Shown here in pieces: positions 1-13,632 of a DNA stretch of 64,000 nt (positions are counted from its first letter, which is position 1; each line of letters opens with the position of its first letter). The DNA comes from Cetorhinus maximus (taxonomy: Eukaryota): assembly GCF_964194155.1 (NCBI RefSeq), contig NC_135894.1, forward strand, positions 2,356,001-2,420,000, written 5' to 3'. Position numbers and translations under genes: made by a program. The notes beneath the pieces are model-generated. The model searched no databases, was not told the origin of the DNA, and saw only the letters and a list, made by a program, of their open reading frames with translations.

Positions 1-109
1 GCTTTGTTAATAATCTTTAAAGGGAATAACTGACGACCTTAATCTAAAGGGGAGTTATAGCAACAAAGTTCGCACCAGTGATATACTTCTCCTGCGCTAT
101 GTAAGAAGT

Positions 110-3100
110 CATGGCCTCTTGCATTTTCACTGGCCGCCATGTATTCATGAAGTGTGTCCAGATGCTGCTACTGGTTAACCTCATTTCAGAGCAGGATCTT
201 TGGATTGAATCAGTGCAGAGCATTCACGATGCTCAGATTGTCATCAAAAGCACATTCAGTGAGGAGGCCACACCGCAGGTAATTACTGAACAGGCAGAAA
301 AGGGGATGGCTGGCCAGCAGACAGAGGACAGGAAGGCAGGTAATGCCGGAGCCCCCTGTTGCCGTGCCCCTCTGAAATACTTGTAACATTTAGGGTACGG
401 ATGGGGGAGACAACTTCTCAGGGGAAAGCAGGAGGTACCAAGTCCATGGCGCCACGGGTGGCTCTGCTGCACAGAAGGGTAGCAAGAAGAGTGGCTGGGC
501 TATAATGACAGGCGAGTCAATAGTATGGAGAACAGACGGGCGTTTTTACAGGCACAAAAGGGGCTCTAGGATCGTGTGTTGCCTTCCTGGAGCCAGGGAC
601 AAGGAAGTCCCGGATGTGCTAACGAGCATTCTGAAGAGGGAGGGTGAAAAATCAGTATCATGGCAGAAACATCGGCACCAACGACATAGGAAAAAAGAAT
701 ATCATGTCCTATAAAATACATATTGTTGTTAGGACGTAAATTAAAATGTCGGACCTCAAAGGTGTTTAATAGTGAGGTCAGGGTGAGTTAAAACTAGATT
801 GGCAAGGAGATGGAATAATGAGTGTGGAGACAGAGGAGGGGGAATCAAGGATTGAATCAAAAGATGGCAAAGTCAGAAGCCAAAGTGGAACAACAAAATG
901 ACTTAAGAACATTAGAACCAGGAGCTGCAGTAGGTAATTCAGCCCCTCGATCCTGCCCTGCCATTCAATACTATCATGGCTGATCTCATTTCGGCCTCAA
1001 CTCCAATTCCCACACTCTCCCCATAAACTTTCAACTCATTACAAATGTAAAATCTATCTTTCCCTTCCTTAAATTTATTCAGCGTCCCGGCCTTCACTGC
1101 ACTCTAAGGCAATGAATACAAACGGTTCCCGACCCTTTGTGAAATGTAATTCCTCCTCATCTCTGACATTAGTCTAACACCCTTTATTTAAAACTATGAT
1201 GTCTTGTTCTCGAATGCCCCAGAAGTGGAAGCCTACGCTCCACGTCTACTTTGTCTATCCCTTTTAGCATCTGACATAACTCAATTATATCTCCTCTTAT
1301 CTTTCTAAATTTTCGCACTTATAGGCCGAAACTGCTCAATCTCTCCACATAAAACAAGCCTTCCATCTCTGGAAATAATTTACTAAACTCATCTGTACCG
1401 CTTCCAGAATAACTGCATCCTTCCACGAGTATGGTGAGCAAGGCAGAAGAAAAGAACAATGGCGGAAGGCAGTCGGTTTCCTAGCGCAAAATAAAGTAAA
1501 GAAGATAAACGAGGATAAAAATGGAGGTCTAAAGCATTTGAAATTTAATATGCACGAATTAACACTAAGGTGGAAGAGTTAACACTGCAAATATATACAA
1601 ACGGTTATGATATAGTTGCAAGTGCAGAGACATGGCTGCAGGGTGAACATGGATGAGAGCTGTACAATTCACTATTTAGGAAGGACAGAGAGATGGAGAA
1701 AGTAGGTAGATTGGCCTTGTTAATACACGTGCACATCAATGCAATAGTGAGGAAACACTTTGGCTCGTGAAATCATGATGCGTAATCTGTTTGGTTGGAG
1801 ATAAGAAAAAAACAACCGGCAGCAAACCTTGTTGGGTGAGCCCGTAGGCCCCCATACATTAAAGGAGGTGGAAGCCGCTTAGCAGCAAATTAGAGACGCA
1901 TGCAAATAGTGTACAAATGTACTCATGGTAGACAATGCTCTACATATAAATTGGACAAACAAAGGTATTGATAATACAGTGAAGGAGGATAACCTGGAGT
2001 GTGTCTGTTATTTTCTAAAGACAACACGTTGATGAACCAGCTGGAGACATACTGGGGATTGAGCATTGAGAACGTAATCATTAACTCATGTTGTGTGCCT
2101 CCCTTGGGGATGAGCGACCATAAAATGATAGAGTGAAGAATTTTAATTTTAAAAAAACTAGGGTTATAAATGTAAATAAAGGGAAATACATGCATATGAG
2201 GCGCGATTTGGTATTAATGGTTTGGGGAACGTTATTAAGAAGGTTGATGTCGAAGAGGCATTGCTTAATATTTTTGGAAATTCTTAAGAAATTACAACAA
2301 TTATTCATTCCTTTCCGGCACTAAAATAAAAACAAATAAATAAATAATAGTGGCTTTACCATGGATTGTAGCAGAAATTCGGGATATTATTGGATTCAAA
2401 GAGGAGATAAATAAAAATTGCGAGAAAGAAGAGCAAGGCTACGGATTGTGTGCAGTTTAAAATTCAGTAAAATTAGTTAAAGAAGGGGGAAAAGGAGTAT
2501 GAGTTTAAGTGTCCAGGCAACATAAAGGCTGACTGTAAAAACACCTATACCTATGTGAAGAAAAAAACAAACAATAAAGGATTAGCAAAGGTAAATGCAG
2601 ACCCCTTGCAGTCATTAATAGGGGAAATTATAACGGCGAGCAAAGGAATGTCAGAATAATTGAACACATTTTTGATCCTGTGATCACGAAGGAGAACATA
2701 AATAATTTCCCAAGAATATTAGGGAATCATGTGTCTAGTCAGAGGGAGGGATTGAAGGAAATCAGTTTTATTAAAAAAAACATATTGCTCTGGGAATCCA
2801 TGAGGTTAATGCCTCAAAATACCCCAAAGTCTGAGACTCTACATTCCAGGGTAGCAACGGAAGTGATTTTCGAAATTTTGGAATCATTAGTGGTGATCTT
2901 CCAAAATTCTATAAACTATGGAGCAATTCCTACAGATTGGCGGGTGGAAAATGTATCCGCACAATTTTAGAAAGGAGGGAGAGAATCAAAACAGAGAATT
3001 GCAGACCAGTTAACCTCTCATCAGTAGTGGGGAATATGATTAGTCAATTTAAAAAATTACTTGGAAAGTGTTAACGGGATTAGACAAAGTCAGTATATGG

Positions 3101-4385
3101 ATATGAACGGGACATCATGCTTATCTAATCTTGTGTAGATTTTTGAATGTGTAACTTGTAGAATAGAAAAGGGGGAACCAATTGATTTGGTGTATTTCTA
3201 TTTCAAGTGCGCTTTTCATAAGGTTCCACATAAGAGGTTAGTGGGCAAATGTAAAACACTTGGGATTGGGGATAATATCCTGGGATGAATTGAGAATTGG
3301 TTGACAGACGGGAAACAGAGTGTGGGAATTAATGGGTCATTTTCGGGATGGCAGGCATTGGTTAGTTCTGTGCCGCTGGGGTCAGTGCTTGGGCACCAGC
3401 TATTCCGGATGTATATAAATAACTTGAATGAGGAAGCAAGACCAAATATTACCAAGTTTTCTGATGACTGAAAACTATGCGGAGTTGTGAGTTCTGAAGA
3501 GGATGCAAATATGATTTAAGGCGACTTAGACCAGCGGTGTGTGTGGCGAAATATATGGCAGATGCAATACGACGTGGATAAATGTGAAGTTATACGCTTT
3601 AGAGTGTGACATAGAAAAGCAGAGTATTATTTAAATGGTGATATATTGGGTAAACTCGATGTAGAAATGATTATTTTTGTCATTGTTTACCAATGAATGA
3701 ATGTAAGCAGGCAATTGCAGCAATCAGTTAGTAATACAAATGGTATGTCGGCCTTCATTGCGAAATGATTTGAGTTCAGAAGTAGGTATGCGTTTCTGTA
3801 GTTGTACAAATCCTTGGCGAAACCAGAACTGGAGTATTGCTTCCAGTTTTTATCTCCATAACTAAAAAAAGATACACTTGCCATAGAGGGAGTGCAGGTA
3901 AGTTTCGGTAGTCTAATACCGCGGATGTCAGGACTGTCATATGAGGAGAGAATCGTTAAATTGTGCCTGTATTCACTAGAGTTTTGGAGATTGAGATCGG
4001 ACCCGACTGAAACGATTAAAACTCTACCTGGGCTAGAGAGACGAGGTGCAGGGAGGATGTTTCCTCTTGTTGGAACGTCTAGAACCAGGGCCAAGCTTTC
4101 AGACTACAGGGAAAGACCTTTGGTACTGAGGTCATGAAAAGATTCTTCACTTAGAGGGTGATCAACCTTGTGGAATTCACTACCACACAAGGCTGTAAAG
4201 ATAAGGTCTAAAATAATGGTATAAATGGTTTCATATTTTTGGATGTTGGTGGCATCGGGGGATTTCGAGATTAAGCGGGAATATGGCTCTTATTTAGAGG
4301 CTCATTGATGAACAAATTGAATGGCGTACAGGATATAAGGGCCGACTTGACTATACCTGCTCCGAGTTTGAATGTAATCTATGTA
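110..4385 (+). mobile_element. Near full-length decayed CR1-type LINE (ORF1 esterase, APE, RT, 3' end)
   Basis: ORF1 SGNH-like TGESIVWRTDGRF..SRIVCCLPGAR (505-600); APE remnants ~1530-2300; RT PLGSVLG..LF..YINNL ~3373-3425 and KFSDD ~3454; CR1 C-terminus GLSYEER..LYSLEFWRLRSD; many stops and frameshifts. Confidence 0.9.
904..1440 (-). mobile_element. 5'-truncated CR1 3' end inserted antisense in the CR1 above
   Basis: taagaac..ttcagcccctcga..ccattcaat..atcatggctgatct is the reverse complement of a CR1 3' terminus; host sequence resumes afterwards. Confidence 0.8.
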
Positions 4386-4399
4386 CACATAACCCGTCC

Positions 4400-5172
4400 C
4401 ACATCTCTTCTTTAGGAGCATCAAACGGTGTTTCAGTTCCTCGTCATGCTCTCGTCTGGAACTGGGAATCAATGTCAATTTTGCTTCCTATTTCCAACCC
4501 TAACATCCCTTCACATGGGCCATCTGCAGCATTTCCCTCCCCCTCCATTGACATCTCTGGCTTTATTTATGGTGATAGACAGCCAACAAATTTTCATTGC
4601 AAGCCCCTGAATCCCATAGCAACCTCGGCTGCAGCGGCTCATTCCCGGCTTCCAGCAAGGAAACCTTCTAATTATCCGTGCTCCTTCACCTCAGTCACAT
4701 TTGTTGTGATGATGCTGCCTTCCTAAAGACGGCTTCAAACATATCTTCCTTTTTCCATACCCCGCCCTCCACCGACGCACCACTAATGTGGTTTACAGCG
4801 TCCTCTTCCGGGTTCGACCCATCTTCGGAGCGACTGCTTTCTCCCCTTACCATCTCTCCCAGAACGTTGTCATCATGTTTCACCACAGCAGCCTCTGCTT
4901 TCAGAGGATCACCTGGCACAATTTCCACCAGGTCCAGCATGATGACACCACCAATCACATCTTCTCCTCAACCACTTTGTTTGCATTCCGTGGGGGCCGT
5001 TGTCCCCGGGACACACAGGTCCACTTCTCCATCAGTTTCAACACATCATTCCCCTCACAATGCACCATTCCATGCAAGCACTGACGTTGCAGCACCTGCC
5101 GCTTTAAATCCCACCTCCTCACTGTCCAATGGCACAGACACACCTTTCATTTGCACCTCCTTCAATTTGCTC
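4400..5172 (+). mobile_element. Penelope-like element fragment (RT C-terminus/linker)
   Basis: Decayed GDRQPTNFHCKP..SH, LSHICCDDAAF and FICTSFNL resemble the PLE RT thumb and the start of the GIY-YIG region. Confidence 0.7.
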
Positions 5173-5183
5173 ATTTTACATAT

Positions 5184-5388
5184 ATTCATTCACGGGATAT
5201 TGGCTTCCCTGGCAACGTCACTTCTTATCCTCACTTTTACCCCACTCGCCTTAGCATTGAAAGGTTCACATAATAGGCCACGATTCAGAAAGTCTGTTCA
5301 ACATAACCTTCCGAAGTGAAACTGGGTATGGGCAATAAACGCTGGCACAGACAGCAAAGCCCAAATCCCGTAAAAGATACTTAAATAT
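5184..5388. repeat. Two short LINE/SINE 3' tails in inverted orientation
   Basis: ttcattcacgggatattggcttccctggc (5186) aligns with the reverse complement of gggcaataaacgctggcacagacagcaaagcccaaatcccgt (~5330-5371). Confidence 0.6.
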
Positions 5389-5404
5389 CATTCTCCAATA
5401 AACA

Positions 5405-5900
5405 CCCCATCTTCAGCATGATGCCACGACAAATCTATTCTTCCCCTCATCCAACAACACCCGCCTCCAGCAACACCGCTCCCTACCGCCTCCCTGCCCC
5501 ACGCCACGATAACCCCGTCAGCATTGCATAGGTCCTGTTCCCTCCTGGGCACCCTGGCCCACTCGTCAATCAGCCGTGAATCCAAATTCCCTTCCAGCAA
5601 AGGCGCCCCATGCAATAGCACAAGATACAGAGCTCGCCCCTTTATCTCCTCCATCCTCCGCTTCCAAATGCCCATACAGTCCTCTCAGGTGAACGGCCAC
5701 TTCACTTGCACATCCTTCAATTTGACCTAACGCTGCCGCTCTCCCAATGTCGCCTCCCATACGGTGGGGAGACTAAATAAGCTCTTGTTTATCGCTTGGC
5801 TGAACGTTTTCACAAAATCTGCCAGCATGACAGAGATCGTTGCCATTGAAACACACGATCCTGCTCTGATACCTACGTGTCTGCCCATTCTATTTTAATG
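5405..5900 (+). mobile_element. Second Penelope-like fragment (GIY-YIG endonuclease)
   Basis: SQVNGHFTCTSFNL followed by decayed C..C..YxGETK (ccatacggtggggagactaaa ~5757-5777). Confidence 0.7.
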
Positions 5901-5959
5901 CCAAATATTTTCATTGAATTACAATTTCTCCAACTGCCGAGGCCAATTCTTTGTGTCTC

Positions 5960-7800
5960 TGGAACCAATCAGTTCCAATAGAACAATGCCACCACCTTCC
6001 CCGTCATTCCCAGACCTGTGCCACTGGAGGTTACAACCTTGGAGTTTAGAAAGGATGTGACGGGGAAGGCCTTCCCCAGCATCAACCAACTACATAATGA
6101 TTTTTGTTGGAAAGCTCTAGCGATGAGACATTCTGCCAAATATCTTTGACAGCCTTCTCGATCGTCCAAATCTCATCATCTCATTTTCCCTTAAGACCTG
6201 GAGGATGTTACGCGCAAACCAGTGCCTGTTGGACTCATGTTCATAAATGTTTTCGACACAGTTATTTTTTCCAAGAGGGAAATATGATTTGGAATGTTAA
6301 AGCAACTTGGAGCATTCCGCGGCAAATCACTCATTCCCATCCACAGCAATACCGGAGGCAGGTGGAATCTGAAAACTTAATGGCTCTTGGTGATGGCACA
6401 CAGAGTGTTTACGCACAGCCTGCTGCAGCCACCCACAAATCTGGCCATCAGGATGAGGGCAACTATTTTGAACTTTTTCCCATTGATCTAGGGAATTGTA
6501 CATCCTCTCCCTGCGAGCATCTGCCATCTTCGACCTCAATCTAAATAAGAATTTGGTTGGGTGGCCACCACAACGCATGCGTGCGCAATGGCCCAGGCCT
6601 TCGCCATGCACAGCAATACCAAACGTGCCTCAGACTTGATGACCAGGCGGTTACTGTCAAGGAAAGGAGGCGTCGCTCTCACATGCCCATTTCTTAATCT
6701 TCAACATTGCTGATCAACAACATCGAGTTTCGGATGCATGCCGAGGCCCCTTCGAGCGATATCTGCAGAACCTTCAGGCAATCTGACCAGACAGTGAAAG
6801 GAACAAAGTTCCATTCGTCCATGTCCCTAACGAACATGTCCTCGCGGTTGCCACGATTTATCCGAGGCCAGTTGGATCTGGACACAGATCCATATCAGTG
6901 TTTGCACCGTGCAAAAGGCGGTAATATCATTCATGTCCAGTGAGGCTTTGCCCTGCGGGATTCCACTGTCAGGGTCATCAATCCTCTCATGCTCGAATCC
7001 TTCCCGTTAGACTCAACTAACGATTTTAACGTGCACACAAGCAGGACAGGGAAAGGACTGAAGCCATGTCTGACTCCAGGTTTATTTGTAAATCTTTCTG
7101 TTTTCCCCTTCTGATTGAAACCGCTCTACTGACGCTTCTGTAGAGCTGTTTGTTCCAATTGTGGATTCCCTCACCTTGTCAAATTTTTGAAAAATATATA
7201 CATCATGTAGGTCCTTGACTTTTTAACAGAGGCCTTCTCCTGGTTTGGGCCGATAAAGAAGATGTCCGCACATCTGTCTTGCACATAGGTATATCCCGGA
7301 GTAGCGCGAGACTTTCAGAGATCTTCCTTCTAGGCACAGCAAAGTTATGATTAGAGTGGATCAAAAATCTCCAGAGCAGATGTGACCCACTTCGCAACTT
7401 ACATGGAAGTACATTTAAAGTCCACGTTCTACAGCAAAATTGGTAGCCAATATGTTTTGTTCTCCATTTCCCACTTCCGTTTGTCGATTATGCTGATGAT
7501 GCATTTTCTCGTGGAGGATAACATGCTGCCAGCCAAAATAATACTCTCCTACACTTCCAGCCCTCCAAGGTGGCGATTGGCGGCTGCTGGATTGTTATTT
7601 TTACCCGCTGTTCTAGTTCTAAAATGAGGAAGACTGACCTTACAAAATTGAGAGGTGTGGTGAGAGTGACTGTCCTTTACATAAAGGCCACTTTTTACCG
7701 AGTGTGGCATCTGAGAGCCCGATAAAAAATAGAGTCAAAAGGGATTTGGTTAAAAATATCCGCTGTTTGGAGTTTAATCAGTCGGAAAGGAAGACGGTTA
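5960..7800 (-). mobile_element. Tx1-type L1 LINE ORF2 remnant (RT to C-terminal region)
   Basis: Minus strand: AVPRRKISESLALLRD, KASL.MNDITAFC (degenerate YMDD), FVPFTVWSDCLKVL, VK.IWQNVSSLELSNK. Confidence 0.75.
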
Positions 7801-7929
7801 TAATTGTTGGTCTTCACTTAGTTCTCTCTGTTCCAAAAGATGAATGCAGGATATCTTCTGTGCAGTGTCCACGGCCCAACAATAATCAGCTGCTTCGTCA
7901 ATGAATTTCTTTCCAACATATGAAGAGAA

Positions 7930-8125
7930 CTGGGGATGTTCGCTTATGATCGCACAATGTTGAGAACCATTCACGACTCCTCATGCACTGCAGCAGTGCA
8001 TGTCCAAATGCAGCAAGACCTGAACAATGGACAAACTTCGGCTGAGAAGTTTCAAGTAATATTCGTGCCATACAGCTGCCAGTCATAGACCATCTCCAAG
8101 AAGAGATATTCAAACCATTGCCCCT
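7930..8125 (+). mobile_element. Short RT fragment of the second LINE family (as 18920-21545)
   Basis: gcagtgcatgtccaaatgcagcaagacctg..ccatctccaagaagag parallels 21318-21450. Confidence 0.6.
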
Positions 8126-8126
8126 T

Positions 8127-8480
8127 GAGGGGCTTATGTAGGTTAGACAGGATTTTTTTTTTCCACTTAGTAGAGGGTACAATAACAAAGGGGCAAATAT
8201 TTATGTTACGAGGTAGAAGGTTTAGAGGGAATGTGAGGAAGATTTCATTTTCACAAACAGTGTGTCTTAGTCTCGAAACTCCTGATTGAAACGGTGGCAG
8301 AGGCAGAAACCCTCATAACATTTAATAAGTATTTGGATGAACAATTGGAATGTCATTGCTTACAATGCTATGGGCCTAGCGCTGGACGTTGGGATTATAA
8401 TAATTAGGTAATTGTTTGACCAGCGGAGTTCAGATTGTCTGAATAAACGTTTTTTTTTCAGTGCTGTAGACCTCTATGGC
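8127..8480 (+). mobile_element. CR1 3' end fragment
   Basis: aggtttagagggaatgtgaggaag..tttaataagtatttggatga..gtgctgtagacctctatg parallels the other CR1 termini in the window. Confidence 0.75.
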
Positions 8481-8539
8481 TATCCGACCTTTCATTTATT
8501 TCCATTTAAGAATCAAGCTGTATTGTCGTTCTGCAATCA

Positions 8540-11500
8540 TGAGCAAACTGAAGCAGTTGAGAAGAATTGGAATGTCACAGTCACAAATGAGAAGACATTC
8601 TCATTGGCCTGGATTGCATTGTGGTGCCGTCAAATTCTGTAGAAGATTCTACACATGTCACGTGATAGGGGAAACACGAGCAGTAATTAAGCCGACACCA
8701 ATAATTTCAACAGCAGAATTAAATTAACATTTTTTTTTGTCATGATTGACTGTTTCAAAGTGCTCCCTAAGAATAAAATTGAAAAATAACACTCACTGAC
8801 AATACTTTATGTGCCCATCAGGTTTCCTGATGCAACGGATTTCAGAAAAAAATATTGCAAATAACATTTTGGAAGCGTTAAGCATTTTATTAAAAAGGTA
8901 TGGTTCACGGAAAGAAATACATCAGGTCAGGTATAAAAAATCATGCCAGAGCTGTTTAAGGAAGAAATTAACAGGTTATCTTCTGGAGTCACAAGGGGCT
9001 TTGGATAGTTGGCATCAAACTCTAAGTCTATGTTGTCAAAGTACTGTCAGGATTTTTCAGATGAATTGGAATGCAAGAATTCCAATATTGTTCTTTTTTA
9101 ATAGGGGCAGTCCTACTGCACTCACTTGCTTAAGTTATTTTAAATAGTTTATGGCCCTAAGGTTAGGAGATCAATGAAATTGAGAAATAGGTGGGTCACA
9201 ATGCTAAATTGCTCTCCCTGATTAAGTAGCGAACTTCCGAAAAAAAAATGGATGGAGCATGTGACGTGGCTGGGAAACATTTAACGATGTCACAGCAAAC
9301 TATGTAAGTGACAGCTGACAGACAATCTGCAGCTCGGAATTTTGTTTCAGGAGAGAAGTGCTAGTTCTGTTACCAACACAAGGTGAGTCGTCAAAGGTCA
9401 GTTTTAATTGGTCTTAGTGCGTTAAAAATAACCCGTGTCAAACAAATTATTTAATAAATGCTCGAGGCAGAAAGAAGAAGTTGGGGGTCTGACATGTATA
9501 GTTGGTTAAAAAGTAGTTAGGCAGGGAAGAGGACCAAACGGGTGTTTTAGCGACAGTAGCTAACGAGCGGGTAAAATGCAGGACTTTCAAGTTGATTGTT
9601 CTTTGATCAAATTGGATAATGAATTGGAACTTAGCAAATTAAATTTAAAATTTAATTACCCTCCAGACACTTTTCGATGTCATTTTGAACAACTATTGCA
9701 GCTGCACAAATCAATTTGGGGTAACTTGCTGCCGTGGGCAGATTGAGCTCTAAGCAATGTGGCTGCAGAAATTTCATCTTCGATAAGTCAATATCCTTAT
9801 AGATTAATCCGGCAAAGTAATCACAAGTACAGAAAAAAAAATGGCTTCATTATTTTAAATTATATCAGTACTAGGTGCAGTAAGTGGAGTTCATCTATTT
9901 CACTGGTAAAGAAATTGAATGGAACACAAAGGATATCTGAGTGTAACATCGAATGGTGAATGGGGTGGCAAAGTAATATTGATTTTGTGTACAATATTTG
10001 GAAGGTTGCATTGAGAAAGTGGGATTACCGAAAGTGATCAGAAAGTTTGACTTGCTAATAAGATATTGGCAACCCCTAATATTGGAGAGAGCAAAGGAGA
10101 AATTGGCTTTGTTACGCTAAATTAACTTTATCAGTTTAAAGTCATGCTATTTGTTATGAAGATTATACCTGCGATATTTTAAAGAATGACATGCAAAACA
10201 ATTATAGATCTCAGCATTTGTGCTCTTTACATTGGCGATTTGGCAGCTTTCAAGCACTCATGGTAGGAGCATTTACAACATCTAAAAGCATTGTTTACTC
10301 AGTTAGAAATATCCAATTCGGCAATGAACTCGTTTGAAACTGAATTTCCAGAAGTAAAGGTTACATATCTGGGTCAGATAATTGGTTATAGTGAAGGGGC
10401 TCCGAGAGATGTGAAATTCAAGGCAATTGTGGGACCCCTGTGACTTCATCAAAACTAGAAGTATTGAGATTCCTGGACATGAATGGGTTTTAGTGGAAAA
10501 TTGGACAACATTTTAAGAGTGTGGTGGCTCTACTGACTGAACCAGTATAATATTTCAGGGAGTTTCAATAGCCAGATTAATGTCAGAAGGTGAAAGACAG
10601 TTTGCCAGTTGTATTAACTACACCACCAGCTTTGTCAGTACACAATTACACCAAGTACATTAAGTTTGTCATTGATGCAAGCGATATGGGCATTTGGGTC
10701 TTTTTTTTTCCAGAAGAGAAGAGTGAGGTCATAGATTTAGCGAGGTCAAAACGTTCCAAGTATTACAAAATAAATGGGAATTTTATAAGACGGGTAGATT
10801 AAGTGGGACTACAAGTACAAAGGTCCCTGAAGCCCACAGTTCAAGTCGACAAGTTTGCGACGAACGCTTACGGAATGCACTCCATCTTTGGCGGAGGTAT
10901 GGGGTTTAAAATTAAGGATACAATGTTGCTCCTGTATAAAACTCTGGTGAGGACATAAATCGAGTATTGTGTGCAGTTCTGGTCACCACATAACAGGAAG
11001 GACGTAATAGCAGTGGAGAGAGTGCAGAGGAGGTTTACAAGAATGTAGCCAGGGTTAGAAATGTGTAGCTACGACGAGAGATTGGATAATTTGGGGTTAT
11101 TTTCCTTCAAACAAAGTAGGCTGTGAGGTCCCTTGATAGAGGTGTACAAATTGCGAGTGGAATGGAGAGAGTGGACAGGATAAAATTATTTCCCTTGGTG
11201 GAGAATACCAGAACCAGTTGACATAGATTCAAGATATTTCCAGAAACTGTAGGGGGGACATGACGAAGAACTTTCTTTATGCAGAGGTTAATGGGTGTTT
11301 GGAATTCGCTGCCCAAGTTGGTGGTCGAGGCAGAGACTCTAAACTCATTAAAAATGTACCTGGATCTTTCCCTAAAGCGCTGTAAGTTGCAGGGCTACAG
11401 GCAGGGTGCAGGAATATTGGATTAGAAAGGATATCTGGTTATCCTGGGGCTGGCATTGAAAAGATGATCCGAATGGCCTCCTTCTGTGCCGTAACTTTTC

Positions 11501-12049
11501 TATTGTTCTAAGATGACCTTGGAATTAAGAAAAAAAAGCAATAGGTTGTTCTTCACCAAAGTTCCATGTACTAAATACAGTCATTCAAAGATCGAATAAG
11601 GTGTTTTTGAGTTTTGAGTTAGCATTACATCATTTTGAAATTCATATTGATATGAATTAAACAGAAACAATAGTTTTTACACACCACAATCCTTGAAAGA
11701 TTCTAAACAAATGTTGTGGCAAAAGTGCAAGGCTTTTCACATGGAGTATATCAATGTAAATATTAAATCTACAGAGTACACCTGTTTCTGGTAGTGAAAA
11801 CATGATTCCAGATGTTTTATCAAGAGTGTGCAGCTTAAATGGATATTTGACATTTAAAACCTCGACAGTGAACTGGAATGTTTTGTATTGATACCAATGA
11901 TTTGCATATATATTGTTATTTTAGGACATGCACCTGGTAATGTTGTAATGCATGTATATAGATACATATAGAAGAAAGTTTAAGATGGTTAATAAAATGA
12001 ATTAGTCTTTTAAAGTCATGATGGCTCATTTTTTGAAGAAGTAAGGGGA
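8540..12049 (+). mobile_element. Decayed Gypsy LTR retrotransposon (gag remnant, RT, RNase H), Gmr1-like layout
   Basis: SQYPYRL ~9787, WSSSISLVKK, YQFKVMLF ~10129, YIGDL (YIDD) ~10228, FVIDASDMG ~10665; after a CR1 insertion FTHHNP and ENMIPDVLSR ~11797-11826; polypurine tract gaagaagtaagggga at 12035-12049. Confidence 0.8.
10735..11512 (+). mobile_element. CR1 3' fragment inserted in the Gypsy RNase H
   Basis: LYKTLVR..EYCVQFWSPH..ERVQRRFTR; ends atggcctccttctgtgccgtaacttttctattgttcta; Gypsy RNase H resumes at ~11515. Confidence 0.85.
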
Positions 12050-12900
12050 TGTCAAGAAGATATAATAATGTTTGTAATGTTATTGCAATGTTTTATTAAA
12101 AAAAGTCTGTGCCTCTGTTTCTATCAGAGTCCTTTGTTTGTGAGAGAGATACTTAATTGTTTCAGACACTCACGCACACATGTTAAAACAATCAAACACA
12201 CACAGACAGAAATTCATGAACACACACCCATTAGCAATACATACACTGATACACAAACATACATGGACACAGAAAGCCATAACAGAAATATGTTCAATGG
12301 TGAGACAAAATCGATGTCAAGTCAGGTCCATCCAGTTCCTGATCAACTTAACTGACACATTGCATGGAGGACTATGTCCCAAGCGCAACCAGGAAAATAA
12401 TTGAAGAATGGCAACTCCATAGGTCACTGTGGCTAATTTAAGAAGAATCTAGACCTGGCTACCGTTACCGGATCCGAGTGTATGAACAGATTTTATCAAG
12501 AATTAAGAGCCACATATGCCCATCTGTTCTATACACTAATGCAATGGTCACTAAGCAGGAAGATATATTGCTATTAATTGTACTTGTTTGGAAAGGTTGA
12601 GAATTATATTTATAAATACAGGGGGATGTTGTAATGTGCGTTTGAGAGATCACATAATCAAATTAGCGAAAGGAATCTTTGTCAATCAAACCAAATTCAT
12701 TATCACTGAGCGGAAGACAACACACAGCTCTGCTGTTTTACTTGCCTTAAAGCTATATACGTCGGTTTACATATTTCCATGTGTATAATCCCATTTTATT
12801 ATCCCACAACCAAAATATGTTATGGATGATGTGTGCCTTATATCACTGAAAAGAAAGAGACATGAATAGGCATCGTTCACCACTTCCCCCTAACGTCTGT
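12050..12900 (+). mobile_element. Probable 3' LTR of the Gypsy element (right end uncertain)
   Basis: Starts TGT immediately after the polypurine tract; no matching 5' LTR visible. Confidence 0.4.
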
Positions 12901-13632
12901 CTGTTTACGAATATCAAATCCACACTGCAACTGTCCCTTTAAACCGTGCTCCTCAGTTTCTATAAGAACGTCATTAAAGGGCTCTTGATCACACTAGGTT
13001 CATACACATACCATCAAAGTTCACTTCTCCCGTCAAAGCTCTCGTTATTTGTACTAAGAACTCCATTAAGCCTTTCTATTACAATTTTCAGTTAAAATAT
13101 CTCTTATTCTTTTAATTAGTAAAGCCTCCTTTTCTCAGAATGAAGGAAGCATTGTATCCTTTACTCTGGCCTCAACTATTTATTTCACAGGTTATATAAT
13201 TCCGAAGTTTCACCAATATTTCAAATTAATTATTTGGACTGATCTGTGGTCGCACGATTTATCACTCTTTGCTTTTAACAGGCTGTAACATAAAAACAGA
13301 GTCTGCCGAAGTCACTCCCATATCCAAGGAGGATTGAAGGATTATAGTCAACGCCTCCACAACTTCCTCTGTTCATTGCCTCAGCGATATCACACATTCC
13401 ATTTAAGCCAGTTGAATGTTTATATTCACTGTGATATATAAAACTATTGGGATGGAATATGTGAAATGTACCTGATTGGTCAGGCACTGTAATTAATGTC
13501 ATTCTCAATGGATCATGACTCTCTCAATGGAGGGTTTCCCTCCTATTAATAAGGGACTTTTTTCAACGTGTTATCCATAGTGTCAGAGGGAAAATCAGCT
13601 CCAACACAAAACGGATCTCTGGTTCCAGATAG

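Noticed and set aside
4678-5319. 213-aa ORF
   Set aside because: Chance frame across a decayed Penelope fragment and a LINE tail
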